From contig CAVNZM010000014.1 of NCBI GenBank assembly GCA_963693365.1, positions 5,642,001 to 5,706,000 of the forward strand: a DNA stretch of 64,000 bases. The letters run 5' to 3'. The position numbers and the translations under genes are program-made. The DNA is from Amoebidium appalachense (taxonomy: Eukaryota > Protista > Ichthyosporea). Each line of letters begins with the position of its first letter. Positions within the stretch are counted from its first letter, which is position 1. Shown here piece by piece: positions 1 to 13,126 of this stretch. The notes under the pieces are model-generated. The model searched no databases. It was not told the origin of the DNA and worked only from the letters and a program-made list of their open reading frames with translations.

Positions 1-116
1 TCCTTCCGGACGTACTTGCGATGACTTGTGATGGGTATGTGCTCGTAAGTCTACCAATCACCACCAGTAGAAAGCGCTCACCCATCTTGCTTGATCATTT
101 TTGTTCCCATCCACAG

Positions 117-982
117 CAAATTCAATCTGTTCCGCTGTTTATGAATCGTGCGCCTACTGCTGAAGAGGTTGCAAAGAACCCAAACCTGGCTGCTCTGGCC
201 AGTATTATCCACGATGAGTCGGATCCAAAAGGTGTGTGTGTTTGTGTGTGTGTGTGCGTGGGTGGGTGGGTGGGATAAATATGTGTGTGTGTATGTATGT
301 ATGTGTATGTGTGTGTAGTGTGTGTGTATGTGTGTGGTGGGTGGGTGGGTGGGATAAATGTGTGTGTGTGTGTATGTATGTATGTGTATGTGTGTGTAGT
401 GTGTGTGTGTGTGTGTGGTGGGTGGGTGGGTGGGTAGGGTGTGCACGTGTGTGTTTTGTGCGTGCGTGTTGTGTGTGTCTGTGTGTGTTTGTGTGTTTGT
501 GTGTGTCTGTGTGTGTTTGTGTGTTTGTGTGTGTGTGTGTGTGTGTACTCGGGGTGGCAAGCAGTCGTGTGTGTGTGTGTGTGTGTGTGTGTTGGGGGTG
601 CTGGGGGGAAGAGGGGGAGGGGGGTTGGTAGGTGTGTGTGTGTTGGGGGGGGGGGGGGGGGGGGGAGGGGGTTGGATGGGCGGTGTGTGTGTGTGTGTGT
701 GTGTGTGTTGGAGGGTTAGGTTGCCTAGAGGGGGAAGGAGGCGTAGGTGGGTTGCCGGGGGAAGGGGGGGGGGGGGGGGGGGGGGGTTGTTTGCTTGTGC
801 GTGGCTGTGCATCTGTCATCTGATTTTGTAAGTATATACCGTGGTGAATGGGTGACATTATGATTGTGTGTTGGTGGTGAGAAGGGGAAAGATGGAGGGA
901 CGGGCAGGGGAGGGGAGAGGGACGGGGTGTTGGGGCTGGGGGAGAGAGGGAGGGTTTGGGGGTATGGGGAGTTGGGACGGGG

Positions 983-1020
<38 letters not shown>

Positions 1021-1097
1021 GGACAAGAGTGTGTGGTTGCAGGGAGATATTTTTGGGGGTGGCAAAGGGATGTAGTTGTAATCTTGCCCCCCCCCCC

Positions 1098-1128
<31 letters not shown>

Positions 1129-3391
1129 ACACACACACACATCCATCCTCATATGATAATACCGACAAACACCTTTGACGTTTGCATTGAGTTCTAAAAC
1201 CCAAGCGGGCCAAGGCAGGGCTTTGCGTAACGATAATGTATGATTGCAAGTATATGATTGGTCAGGTTTAAAAGTTCTCTGACCTTAGATTCATCTCAAC
1301 TAATCCTACAACGGTAATTTGCGCAATGGCATGCCTTGCTCCGATTGTTACAGAATAAAATGCAACGGCTATAACATAACATAACATAACCTCACATTCA
1401 TAACCCGTATAAACAGTAAACAGGCAATATAATCTCTTGACTCATCACATAAAACATTCCCACGTATACACACAGAACACGCAAGATACTACAAAGACCA
1501 AGGAAACGCCGAATTCAAGAAAGGAGACCGAAAATCATACAAGAAGGCGATAGACCACTACACGGAGGGAATAAAGGTGAAGGATTGCCCTAGTGACATA
1601 CAGGCTACACTCTACTCGAATAGAGCTGCGGCAAATTTGGCGTTAGGTAGGTTGTGTGAGGGGTGTGGGGTGATGTGGATAATCGGGGGGGGGGGGGGGG
1701 GGGGATGTGGAGGGGGGGAGGGGGGATGGGAAGGAATGGATGGGGATCCGTTAGTGGGTTTGGAAGGTGCAAATCTGGCGTGGGGGTGTGGGTGGGTGGG
1801 TGTTGGTCTGTGTGTGGGTATGTGTGGATGGTGGTGGGGGGGGGGGGGGGGGGGGGGGGGGGAGGGGAGGGGGGGATGGTGTGGATGTGGGGGGGGGGTA
1901 TGTGGATGTGTGTGAACGGGGAGGAGGGGAAGCGGTGGGGGGAGATGGGGGAAGGGATGGAGGTGTGGCGTGATGAGTGTGGGTGGGTGGGGATGTGGAT
2001 GTGGAGGGGGTGGGGGGGGGGGTGGGGAAGGTGGGGGGGTGTGGAGATGGGGAGATGGGGTTGGTGTGTGAATGTTGGGGTAGTGGTTGTGAATTGGGTG
2101 TGTGTGTGTAAAAGAGGTTGTGTGGGTGGGTGGGTGGGTGGGTGTGCATGTGTGCGTGAGTGCGTGTGTGTGTGTTGTGTCTTCATTGCTCTTATCACGG
2201 AGGGAGCAAAGAGGTGGGGCTCCCTTGTGTACTTGTCCGCGGGGGGGGGGGGGGAGGAGGTGGGGGCTACCGATGGAGTAGAAAATATATATGTAGAAGT
2301 GGGGGGCTTTAGGCTGGACTTAGGAATGTTGTATGGTGTGTTTGGTAGCGGTATACGTGGGTTGGGGTGGTTGGGTGGGTTGGTGTTCGTGTTCGTGTTG
2401 GTGGGGGTGGTGGTGGTGTGTGTGTGTATGTGTGGGTGGGTGGGTGGGTGGGTGTTTTTTTTTGTTTTTTTTTTGTTTTTGTTTTTGTTTTTGTTTTTTT
2501 TTTGGGGGGGGGGGGTTGAATGGGGCAGGAGGGGAGGGGGGGGGGGAGAGGTGTTGTATGGAAGGTGTGTCCCACTCCCACCCCATGGTCATCAGGCCAA
2601 CCCTCCCCCCCCCCCCCCCCCCCCCCTTTTGAAGATGGGCTCTGCTTAAGACGCATACTGTGCGCATTGCTGATGTTGCATATTTGAATGTTTGCCTTTG
2701 CATGTGTCCTGCACCATGCTTCTCATTGTGTTGTGTACTTCGTGCCGTATTTCACATTCAACCCCCCCCCCTCCCCCCCCTCTCACAATCAGCTGCGTGC
2801 TCTCTCGCTCACGTTCACCCGACACAACCCTCAATCTTCACATACCCAATCCCTTCCCATCCCCCCCCCTCTCTCTCCCCCCCCTCCCCCCCCCCCCTCC
2901 CTCCCCCCTCCCCCTCCCCCCTCCCCCCTCCCCCCTCCCCCCCCCCCCCCCCCCCACCACCACCACACACACAAAAAAAAGAAAAAAGAATCACATTTTT
3001 CACCAGGAACAAGCTGCTCGTATGATGCTCGTATGTTTTACTCACTCATTTTTTCCATGTGGGCAGGAAACTATCGATCGACGGTAGAAGACTGCGATGC
3101 AGCCAAGAAATTGGACCCCCAAAACGTGAAAGTTTACTTCCGGGCAGCAAAGGCTCTATCTTCCTTGGACAAATTTGCGGAGGCGTACAAGTGGTGTGAT
3201 GACGGCCTTGCAATATCCTTTCATTGCTTTTTTGTTCTTTACTTTAACCCCCCCCTTCCCCCCCCCCCCCCCCCCTCCCTCTGGCCTCTGGCTCCCCCTC
3301 AACCCCCCCTCCCCCCCCCCCCCCCTCCGGGGGCACACGGGCGTGGGCGCGCAGACACACAAGCACACACACAAAAGCATAAACACGCACA

Positions 3392-3424
<33 letters not shown>

Positions 3425-3944
3425 GCACGCACATGGGCACCTTCAATCACCGCATGTTCGAATGGCAAAGTATCATGCATCTGATCACGTATGTGCACAT
3501 ACATATGCACGTACGTCATCCATCTTTATACACATGTACGTCATCCATCTTTATACACATGTACGTCATCCATCTTTATACACATGTACGTCATCCATCT
3601 TTATACACATGTACGTCATCTATCTTTATACACGTGCACATGCAAGCACACAGTTACACACACACGGACACCCGTAAGGGCACGTGTTCATGACACGCAT
3701 CCACTGGCACATGCACATGCACACATGCAAGCATGCGCACCAAGGAAAGAGACAGTGAGAGACGACGCACGGGGGGAGGCGGGGGAGGGGGGAGGGCGGG
3801 AGGGGAGGCGGGGAGGGGGGGGTGGCTGGGAGAACTTTGGAAAAGGTAGGCGTGCGTGCATACAAACACACACACACACATACATAAACACACACATAAG
3901 CACATGACAAACACACGCATGAGCACACGCACGCACGTGCGCGT

Positions 3945-3984
<40 letters not shown>

Positions 3985-4072
3985 GAGAGAAAGAGACAAC
4001 AGTGGTGGGGAAGAGAGAGAGAGAGAAAGAGAGAGAGCGCCAGAGGGAGAGAGTGGCGGGGGTGGCGGGCGG

Positions 4073-4114
<42 letters not shown>

Positions 4115-5638
4115 GGTAGACAGACACACAATTACACATACACTCACATGCGCACACAGACCCACACACACTCGGGCAGGCACACACACGTATTCACATA
4201 ACGCATGCGTGCATGCACACGGGCACACACACACACATACACGGACACACACACACAGAGATAGAGAGAGAGAGAGAGGGAGAGACAGAGAAAGAGAGAG
4301 AAAAGAGAGAGAGAGAGGGAGACAGAAACACACAGACACACTTGCACATCCCCCTCCTCCTCCCCCCCCCCCCCCCCCCCTCCCTTTCCTCCACACACAC
4401 GCGCACACACAAACGTACACACGCACACACACACCCATGATCCTTAACCACCCCTTACGTCGACCCAAGCAACTCTGCACTCGTCAAGGAGCGTGCGGAA
4501 ATCAAGACAAAACAGGTAGCGGCAGAAAAGAGACGGCGATTCCGTGAGAGGGAAGAGAAGAAGGAGAGAGAAAAATACGAAGGCATTTTGCAGGTTATCA
4601 AGGTAATTTTCAGGGATACATGGATATATCGTGGATATCTAATATTCCCCAGTTTTGATACATATATTTCCCGGGCTTTGATATGCCCTCTTTTGGATTT
4701 GACGCAGCACTTTTTCCCCGCTGGAATCTACCTTGCTCTCCCGGCTTTGACATTCCCCCTTTCCCGGCTTTGATATACCTCTCTCGGCTTTGAGATCCCT
4801 TCTTTCTCGGCCTTGCTATACCCATCTTCCGCCTGTGATATACCACTTTCCGCGGCATGGATATAGCCCTTTTCCCGGCTTGACTAGATCTTGTTTTCCT
4901 GACTGAGGTTTCTTTGTTTTGCTGGTTGGGATATCGCGTTTCAAGGCATGGTTATACTCCTTTTTTTCCGGCCCGGATATTTTTTTTCCTTTTGTCTTGG
5001 GATTGCTCCAATCAAGCGTGGAATTTTTTAATTGGGGAGGGGGGGGGGGGGGGGGGGGGGAGGGGGGGGATGTCGGGTTGAGGAGTGTTCGATACATTGT
5101 AGCTAAAGATATAGTTGAATTAGACAAACAAATAACCGGATACGACATATAAGTTGAAAGGCTGGATCATGGATATAGGCTTGATGGTATAATAACCCTC
5201 CTAGTGGATAAGGGTGTGGGGAGAAGTCGGAGGAAGTTGGGAGTGGTTGGGGAGGGAAGGGGGAGGGGGAAGGGGGGGTTTGAATCCTAGAGGGGGGACA
5301 AGAGGGAGGAAGAGAGACAGAGGGAGGAGAGGGGGAGCGGGGGAGGGGGGGGGGGGGGGGGGGGCTGGCTCTCCCTGTGCATGATGTGTTTTTGAGCATT
5401 ATGGATTTATGGATGTTGTGTGCTTATCTCTGCACGTTTACAAGGGTGCACTGCATAGTCCTCACAGATTGGTAGAAGGTAACCTGACTGCCTTAAAAGG
5501 CAACTGACGGGTGGTTTTAATTGGCCCTCAGTCACGTGGAATAACGCTGGGACCCCACCCCGAACAATTGAAGGATGCCGAGGCCAAGGGCAGACAGGTG
5601 GGTGTGTTGGTTGGAGGTGGGTGGGGGTGAGAGGGGTT

Positions 5639-5720
<82 letters not shown>

Positions 5721-6300
5721 AGGGTGAAGAAGGGGGGAGGGGGACGGGTCACGGGGGGTTGTGTGGATGTGTGTGTGCGGGTAATATGGGTGTGGGTGTG
5801 GGGGAGTGAGTGGGTGGGTGGGTGGGTGATGTGCTTGTGGGTGTTGGTGTGGATTTGGATGTGGGTGGGTGCGTGTGTGTCTGTGTGTGTTTGCGTGCGT
5901 GTGCGCATGCGTGCGTGCGTGCGTGCGTGAGTGCTTGGATGTGTCTGTGTGTGCTTGCAAATGTATGGGTGTGTGCAAGTGTGCTTTTGGGGTTAGTCCG
6001 CGTTCTTAATGGGTGCATGCCCCTGTGGGTTTGTCGCCCTGTGTGTATGCCCTCTCCCTTCCCTCCACTCCCCCCTCCCCCACGATCTCTCTCTCTCTGT
6101 GCCTGGGCCTAAGGAATGATACCTTGTCTGATTCATTTCGGATGTGTACAGGTCAACGTGTTGGAAAATCCAACTCAGAGCATAGCCACGGTTGACTCAG
6201 AGGGTGTGGTATGATACCTCCCCCCCTCCCCCCCCCCCCCCCCCCCCCACCCCCCCCCTCTCCCCCCCCCCCCCCCCCCCCCCCCGCGCACATATGCACG

Positions 6301-6340
<40 letters not shown>

Positions 6341-7697
6341 CACGTGCTGCATACTTGAATTTTTTGTTTTTGCATGTGTCCTGCATCATGTCTCTCTTCC
6401 TGTATTTTTCCTTCGTACCCTGGGATAGGTTTCGCATGCCACCCCTTCCCCCCCTCCCCCCCCCCCCCCCCCCCCGCTCTTCACCCTCTCCACACACACC
6501 CTCTCCAAACAAAGACACCGATGGTTTATTCAAACCTAATGTGCTATTTAAGATAGGTAGGTAAATGAATCTGTACAATCCCAATTCAAAACAAAAGATA
6601 CAGCCATTCCTTTGGTAGAATTCCTTTGCTTACTATTCATCGAATGGGTAAACAATTTCCTTTACACAAGAACGTGTGTGTATTGTTTCCCCCAATTAAT
6701 ACACCCATTACCTTTGTAGAAACCCCATGCACAACACCAATCCATTAGACATACCAATTCTTTTCTATAGCATCATCACGCCTGTTCCCTTAAAACACCC
6801 TCCATGCAATACTAACACTAGAGATACCCCGATTTCGTTAACGATAGAAATGCCGGTTCTTTTTTTCAGCCCCAATCACAAATGTCCCCTTTATACACCC
6901 TCTTTGCAATACTAACACTAGATATACCCCGATTTCTTTAACAATCCCCCCTCCAACAGACATGCCGGTTCTTTTACTAGTCCTAATCACACCATTCCCG
7001 TTTATACCCCCTCTTTGCAATTCTAACACTAGATATACCCCGATTTCTTTAACAATCCGTCCAACAGACATGCCGGTTCTTTTACTAGTCCTAATCACAC
7101 CATTTCCCTTTATACCCCCTCTTTGCAACACTAACACTAGATATACCCCGATTTCTTTAACAATCCTCCGTCCAACAGACATGCCGGTTCTTTTACTAGT
7201 CCTAATCACACCATTTCCGTTTATACACCCCCTATGCAATACTAACACTAGACACTAGAGATACCCCGATTTCTTTAAATCTCTTTGTAGCCCCACCGAG
7301 ATTGACTGGCCTGTATTCTCCCTCTACCCCGAGGACAGCTAGCATCCACCAATCTCTTAAAAAAATTATCTATGCAATACTACAACAAGAAATACCCCGA
7401 TTTCTTTAACAATGCCCCGTATCACCCCTCAGATCCACTGGCCCGTGTTCTTCCTCTATCCCGAGTACAGCCAGTCTGACTTCATTGCTGCTTTTGCCGA
7501 AAACATCACCATGGAAGACATGCTCGTCGTATGCCACTCCCTCCCCCCCCCTCCCCCCCCCCCCCCCCCCCCCCCCCCCCCGCGTGCGCGCTTTGCCTCC
7601 TCCCGCCCAACACACACACATATACAAACACGCGTGCTATACACACACACACACAAAGTTACACGAACACAAACACACACGCACCCAAAGTTGCATG

Positions 7698-7754
<57 letters not shown>

Positions 7755-7755
7755 A

Positions 7756-7795
<40 letters not shown>

Positions 7796-8076
7796 TACAC
7801 CTCTTTACTACGCTGACACTTCTTTTCTTTAGGAGGTGTTTGGTTCCACACCGGCATGGGACCGTAAGGGGCAATATCGACCAGAGAACATAGACGTCTA
7901 CTTTGACTACACAGACGAAAAGAACGAATCCATCCTCGTTAAAGGTACACACATAACCCCCCCTATGTCTTTCCCTCGCGCTCTCTCTCTCTCAATTTCT
8001 CTCTCTCCCCCCCCCCCCTCCCCCCCTGCCCCCATACACACACAAACGAAACCCTCCTTCTCTCCATCCCCTTTCA

Positions 8077-8107
<31 letters not shown>

Positions 8108-8148
8108 CACGATCTACCCCCTTTCCTATTGACACACACACACACGAT

Positions 8149-8194
<46 letters not shown>

Positions 8195-8258
8195 ACACCA
8201 CCACCACCACCCCTTGCCCCCGCCCCTTCCGCCCCAACAAACACACATATACCTCTTC

Positions 8259-8294
<36 letters not shown>

Positions 8295-8823
8295 ACACAT
8301 CCACATGTCCACAGGCACACACACTTTACTGTAGCCGTGGCGTAAAAGTCCAAATATGGCAATCTGACTTGGTCACGTGATCACCCATATTTGGCACACG
8401 TGTCGCTACAGCCAACCAGCCACCACTCTCATATGACCGAGACCTGAAAGGGAAGGGGGGAAAGGGAGGAGGGGGGGGGGGGGGGGGAGGGGGGGGGGGG
8501 GGGGGGGGGGAGGGGGGATCGTTCACGTGTGTACATGCCCAAAGATCTCAAATGCACATACAAACATACCGCGACATACACACGCACACACACACACTCA
8601 GACACACACAAACATACACACACACAACCACACACACACGCACACGACCCCTCCCCTCCCCACACACACACACATGCCCCCTCCCCCCCCCCCCCCCCCC
8701 CCCCCCCCCTCACCAACACACATACACACCCACACACACACACACCTCCCCTTCCCTCCCCCCGCACACACACACGCAGCCTCCCTTCCCCTCCCTCCTC
8801 CCCCTCCCCCCCCCCCCCCCCCC

Positions 8824-8897
<74 letters not shown>

Positions 8898-9089
8898 TTT
8901 CCACATTTTCTAACTGATACCACTTGCTTACCGATGCACATGCACACAGTGAAACTGGACACACCTCTGGTGAACATACTCCGACACAAGAGGTTTGTCG
9001 TCAGGGGGGGAATACCCCAGTTCTACATGATCTCAAAGGACTCACCCTACCGGTCGCTCTACTTCTCAAGGTTCAAGGACGTGAAGTAA
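117..9089 (+). CDS. TTC4: TTC4/Cns1-family TPR co-chaperone (Hsp70/Hsp90), spliced, 5' exon(s) outside the window
   Basis: Phase-compatible exons 117-231, 1476-1646, 3067-3212, 4459-4602, 5532-5597, 6152-6208, 7433-7528, 7833-7944, 8950-9089 (TAA). They give [13 protein letters not shown]...[13 protein letters not shown], TPRs ([11 protein letters not shown]...AIDHYTEGI...[22 protein letters not shown]...[27 protein letters not shown]) and the Cns1/TTC4 C-terminal signature [21 protein letters not shown]...PAWD. All introns are GT-AG except intron 3213-4458, which is AT-AC. Confidence 0.93.
2631..2762 (+). repeat. Copy of a dispersed ~130-nt intronic repeat family (GATGGGCTCTGYTYAAG...CATTCAA followed by poly-C)
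   Basis: Aligns end to end by eye with 26505-26640. Partial or diverged copies near 6340-6440, 27327-27432 and 37820-37898. Confidence 0.75.
3213..4458 (+). other. U12-type (minor spliceosome) AT-AC intron in TTC4
   Basis: 5' end ATATCCTTTC at 3213, branch site TCCTTAAC at 4441-4448, terminal AC at 4457-4458. Splicing joins DDGLA|VDPSN in frame. Confidence 0.92.
3511..3635. repeat. 25-bp minisatellite, 5 copies (GTACGTCATCCATCTTTATACACAT)
   Basis: Copies start at 3511, 3536, 3561, 3586 and 3611 (last has 2 mismatches). Lies inside the U12 intron. Confidence 0.92.
4640..4990. repeat. Degenerate ~22-bp tandem repeat (consensus roughly TTTCCCGGCTTTGATATACCC) in TTC4 intron
   Basis: Recurrent cccggcttt-gat motif at roughly 21-23-nt spacing. 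Confidence 0.65.
6690..7432. repeat. ~110-bp minisatellite whose unit includes the TTC4 3' splice region
   Basis: Units GCAATACTAACACTAGATATACCCCGATTTCTTTAACAATCC..CAACAGACATGCCGGTTCTTTTACTAGTCC start near 6806, 6906, 7017, 7125 and 7237. The final variant (about 7374) runs into the true acceptor at 7432. Confidence 0.88.
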
Positions 9090-9600
9090 TTAGTACTTTC
9101 ATTCCCCTGGTCTCTGGAACCGGGTTTACGTTTTTTTTGTTTTTTTTTCTTCTTTTTTTTCTTTTCTTTTCTTCCTTTTACTTTTTCTTCGATTTTCCTC
9201 ACTCTTTTTTGGGGAGGGTGGACTGGGGTGGGGAGGGGAGGGGAGGGAGGGGTCTTTTTGTACCATAAATTTTAATAGGACAAGGGGGTCTTTGGTACCC
9301 ATTGTTTTTATAGGACGGGGTGGGGTGGGGAAGGGGGGAGGGGGGGGAATTGGTTACCCAAGAACAGGACCGGGTGGGGGTGTGTGTGTGTGTGTGGGAG
9401 GGGGGGGGAGTCTTTGGTAGGGGAAAAAGAGCGGTTTTAGTAGGACACTACGGCCAGATATTTTCTTCCATGGTTTTCGTTGGTTGCCCCCCCCCCCCCC
9501 CTCCCTCCCCCCCCCTTCCTATCCCAACCTGAAGCGCGATGTTAGTTGTGATTGATTTTGATATATAGGATGTGTGCAAGGGGGGAGTTAAACGTGATTG

Positions 9601-9653
<53 letters not shown>

Positions 9654-10145
9654 ACGTGGTGTATCACGTCTACGGGATATCTGTGATATCTCGTTACATG
9701 CTCCCCATTAAACTTGAAGTCGTTAAATATGATATCGATATCCTTTTGTGAGGTACATCCCTAAATTTCCTAGATATATTGCACACACCATGCTGCAAAC
9801 CGAGTCAAGGCCTGGCACACGGGGCTGGGGGGGGGGGGGGGGGGGGGGGGGGAAGGGGGAGGGAGGGAAGAAGAGGGGGGGGGAGGGGGAGGGGGGGGGG
9901 GGGCTGGGCAGGCCGAGCACTGCCAGAGGAGGGTCGCAATTTCGCACCACATCCGGCAGGATGGTTCTGCTCTTTGCCGGAATCGATATCTGCGTTGGCA
10001 GAATATTGCTGTTCGAACAAACTTAAACAATATTCTGCTCAGATCTGGTTTGGTTTACACGGCCTATGAGCAGAAGATTGATTCTGCTCAAAGCAGGAAT
10101 TCGAACCCCCCTCTCCCTCCCCCTCTACACCCCCCCTCCTCTCAG

Positions 10146-10187
<42 letters not shown>

Positions 10188-10188
10188 T

Positions 10189-10280
<92 letters not shown>

Positions 10281-10515
10281 TGTGTATGTGCGTCTTTGTG
10301 TGTGTGTGTGCACGTGGCGCGGTAATGCCAATTGCAAGGTGTGCTGGTGTGCATGTGGTTGGGCGTGTACGTGGGCGTATGCTTGTGTGTGTGTACGTGC
10401 AGCACTGTGTACTTACACACGTATTGTGCATGTTTTTTTTGTTTTGCACACAGCAAAGTTCTGGAAGCCCAGAGTTGGGTGGGGGGAGAGGGAGGGCGGG
10501 TGGGTAGGAGGAGGA

Positions 10516-10564
<49 letters not shown>

Positions 10565-10895
10565 CAGGGCCGGGGAGGGCGGGGGGGGGGGGGGGGAGGG
10601 GGGGGGGAGGGAGGGTTGAAGGGGTACTGAAGTGCGCTGCATGATACCCCCATCCCTCCCCCCTCCCACCCTCCTTCGGCTCTGTCTCCCCTCCCCTCTC
10701 CCTCCCCTTTTTCTACTGATATCTCGATTTACTCTCCTTGTTGGGCAAACCGCTGTCAGGACTGGAGCCACCATTGGCGGTAGGCCCTTGGTCGAAAGCC
10801 TTTCGGAAAGCCCGTCCCTCCCCCCCCCCTCCCCCCCCCCCCTCCCCCCTGCCCCCCTGCCCCAACCCAACCCAACCCAACCCAACCTGGCCCAT

Positions 10896-10980
<85 letters not shown>

Positions 10981-11026
10981 CGCACACAAAAACACGCACA
11001 CAAACACATACACACATGCGCGCACG

Positions 11027-11082
<56 letters not shown>

Positions 11083-11354
11083 AGACACACACCTAGCCCG
11101 GTCTTTTGAATTTTGCTCTTGCTCAGCCTGGTCACCAGTATTGCTTACAACGACAACAAATCCCTCGGGTGAGGGGGGGGGGGGGACACGGGGAGGGAAG
11201 AGGGGGGGGAAATAGTTCACATAGCTGCAAGCTCATGAGAGCTACCATCATGTCAAGCAACGCTTGCCCACACACACATACAGTTACGTGTACATGCACA
11301 CGTGCATACACGTTACGCGTACATTCACGCGCGCGCGCACACATACATACACAC

Positions 11355-11493
<139 letters not shown>

Positions 11494-11571
11494 TACACAC
11501 GCGTACACACACGTACACACACACACACATACACACACACACACGCGGGCGCGCGTACACAAACACACACA

Positions 11572-11616
<45 letters not shown>

Positions 11617-11619
11617 ACA

Positions 11620-11665
<46 letters not shown>

Positions 11666-11710
11666 TACACACACGTACACGCACATACACACACACACAC
11701 ACACTCACAC

Positions 11711-11762
<52 letters not shown>

Positions 11763-12276
11763 AAAGGTGTGAACGGTGCGCTTGGGACCAGCTGCCGTTT
11801 GACTTCTTCATTACCGTTCGAACTGAGCAGAGAAGAACGACCAAAACTTTCGGACATGGATTAATGGATGGTGGTGATTGTGGTGCACATGGTTGTGGTT
11901 CAAAAGGGCCATCTTTATTTCTTTCTTTCTTTCTTTCTTTCTTTTTTTTGTGGTGTGGGTGCCAGGGGAGGGTGTGGGCCCCAGGGGGGGGGGGGGGGGG
12001 GGGGGCTTGGTTTCGACTGACCGACTGTGGAAATGGAAAGAAAGAAAAAAAGAAAAATATGCGTACGGCGTGGTTTCCTGTTTAGTTAAGGAAGCCGAAA
12101 CAAGGGACTGGGTGCCCTATTTCTATTCCCCCCCCCCCCCCCCCCCCCCCCCTCCCCCCCCCCCCCCCCCCCCCCCCCATCCACACACACACACACACAA
12201 AAAGGGGGAGGGGGGGGGGGGGGGGGGGAATAAAAATAGGGCACCCAGTCCCTTGTTTCGGTTTGTGTGTGTGTGT

Positions 12277-12430
<154 letters not shown>

Positions 12431-12675
12431 GGTGCTGGCGGTGGCGAACGTTAATTTCTTTCTTTCTGTTTTCTTTCCTTCCTTACGTTATCTCTTTCTT
12501 CCTTCCTCGGGTTCAAAGGTTTTCTTTCATTCTTTTCTTCTTCCCTTCCTCTCTCCGTCGTATTCCCCCCCCCCCCTCCCCCCCCCCCCCCCCTCTTAGT
12601 ATTTCTCTTTTTTTTCATTTCATTTCATTTCTTTTTTCTTTGTTCTTTTCTTTAAAAGTTTCTCTTTTTTTTTTT

Positions 12676-12720
<45 letters not shown>

Positions 12721-13126
12721 AAGCTGATGATAGAACGTGCAAGTAGGATGGTGTATATGTCGTACAGTAAGATAGCTTATGGTGCTCATGACTCCCTCCC
12801 TTCCCCACACCCCTCTCCCCCCAACAAAAAAAGGATTTTTTTTTTGAAACAGACCGTAATGTTAGTACAAATTAGTGAGTCCATGGCCATCTCGAGCTCT
12901 GACCTTGTACCCACCCAAATATGGTGTTGTAGGACAAGTTGCCATTGAAATTCTTTTTTTATTACTCAAGAAGAAATCTTCTAGGGTTTAACAATGCCGG
13001 CCTTTAGCTGCACAGCCGAGAGCCGGGGTAGGAATAAGTAATATGTACGTAATGCTTGGGTATGAATGCTCCGAGAAAGATTTTACAGTGAGGGGGACGG
13101 CTGACTACAAATGTGAGTGTTTATGT

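Noticed and set aside
3511-7432. Regularly spaced repeats as a CRISPR-like array
   Set aside because: Units are contiguous tandem copies without unique spacers, in eukaryotic introns with no cas genes.
6209-7432. U12 GT-AG intron suggested by TTCTTTAAC near the acceptor
   Set aside because: The donor GTATGA is U2-type, and the motif is simply part of the minisatellite unit.
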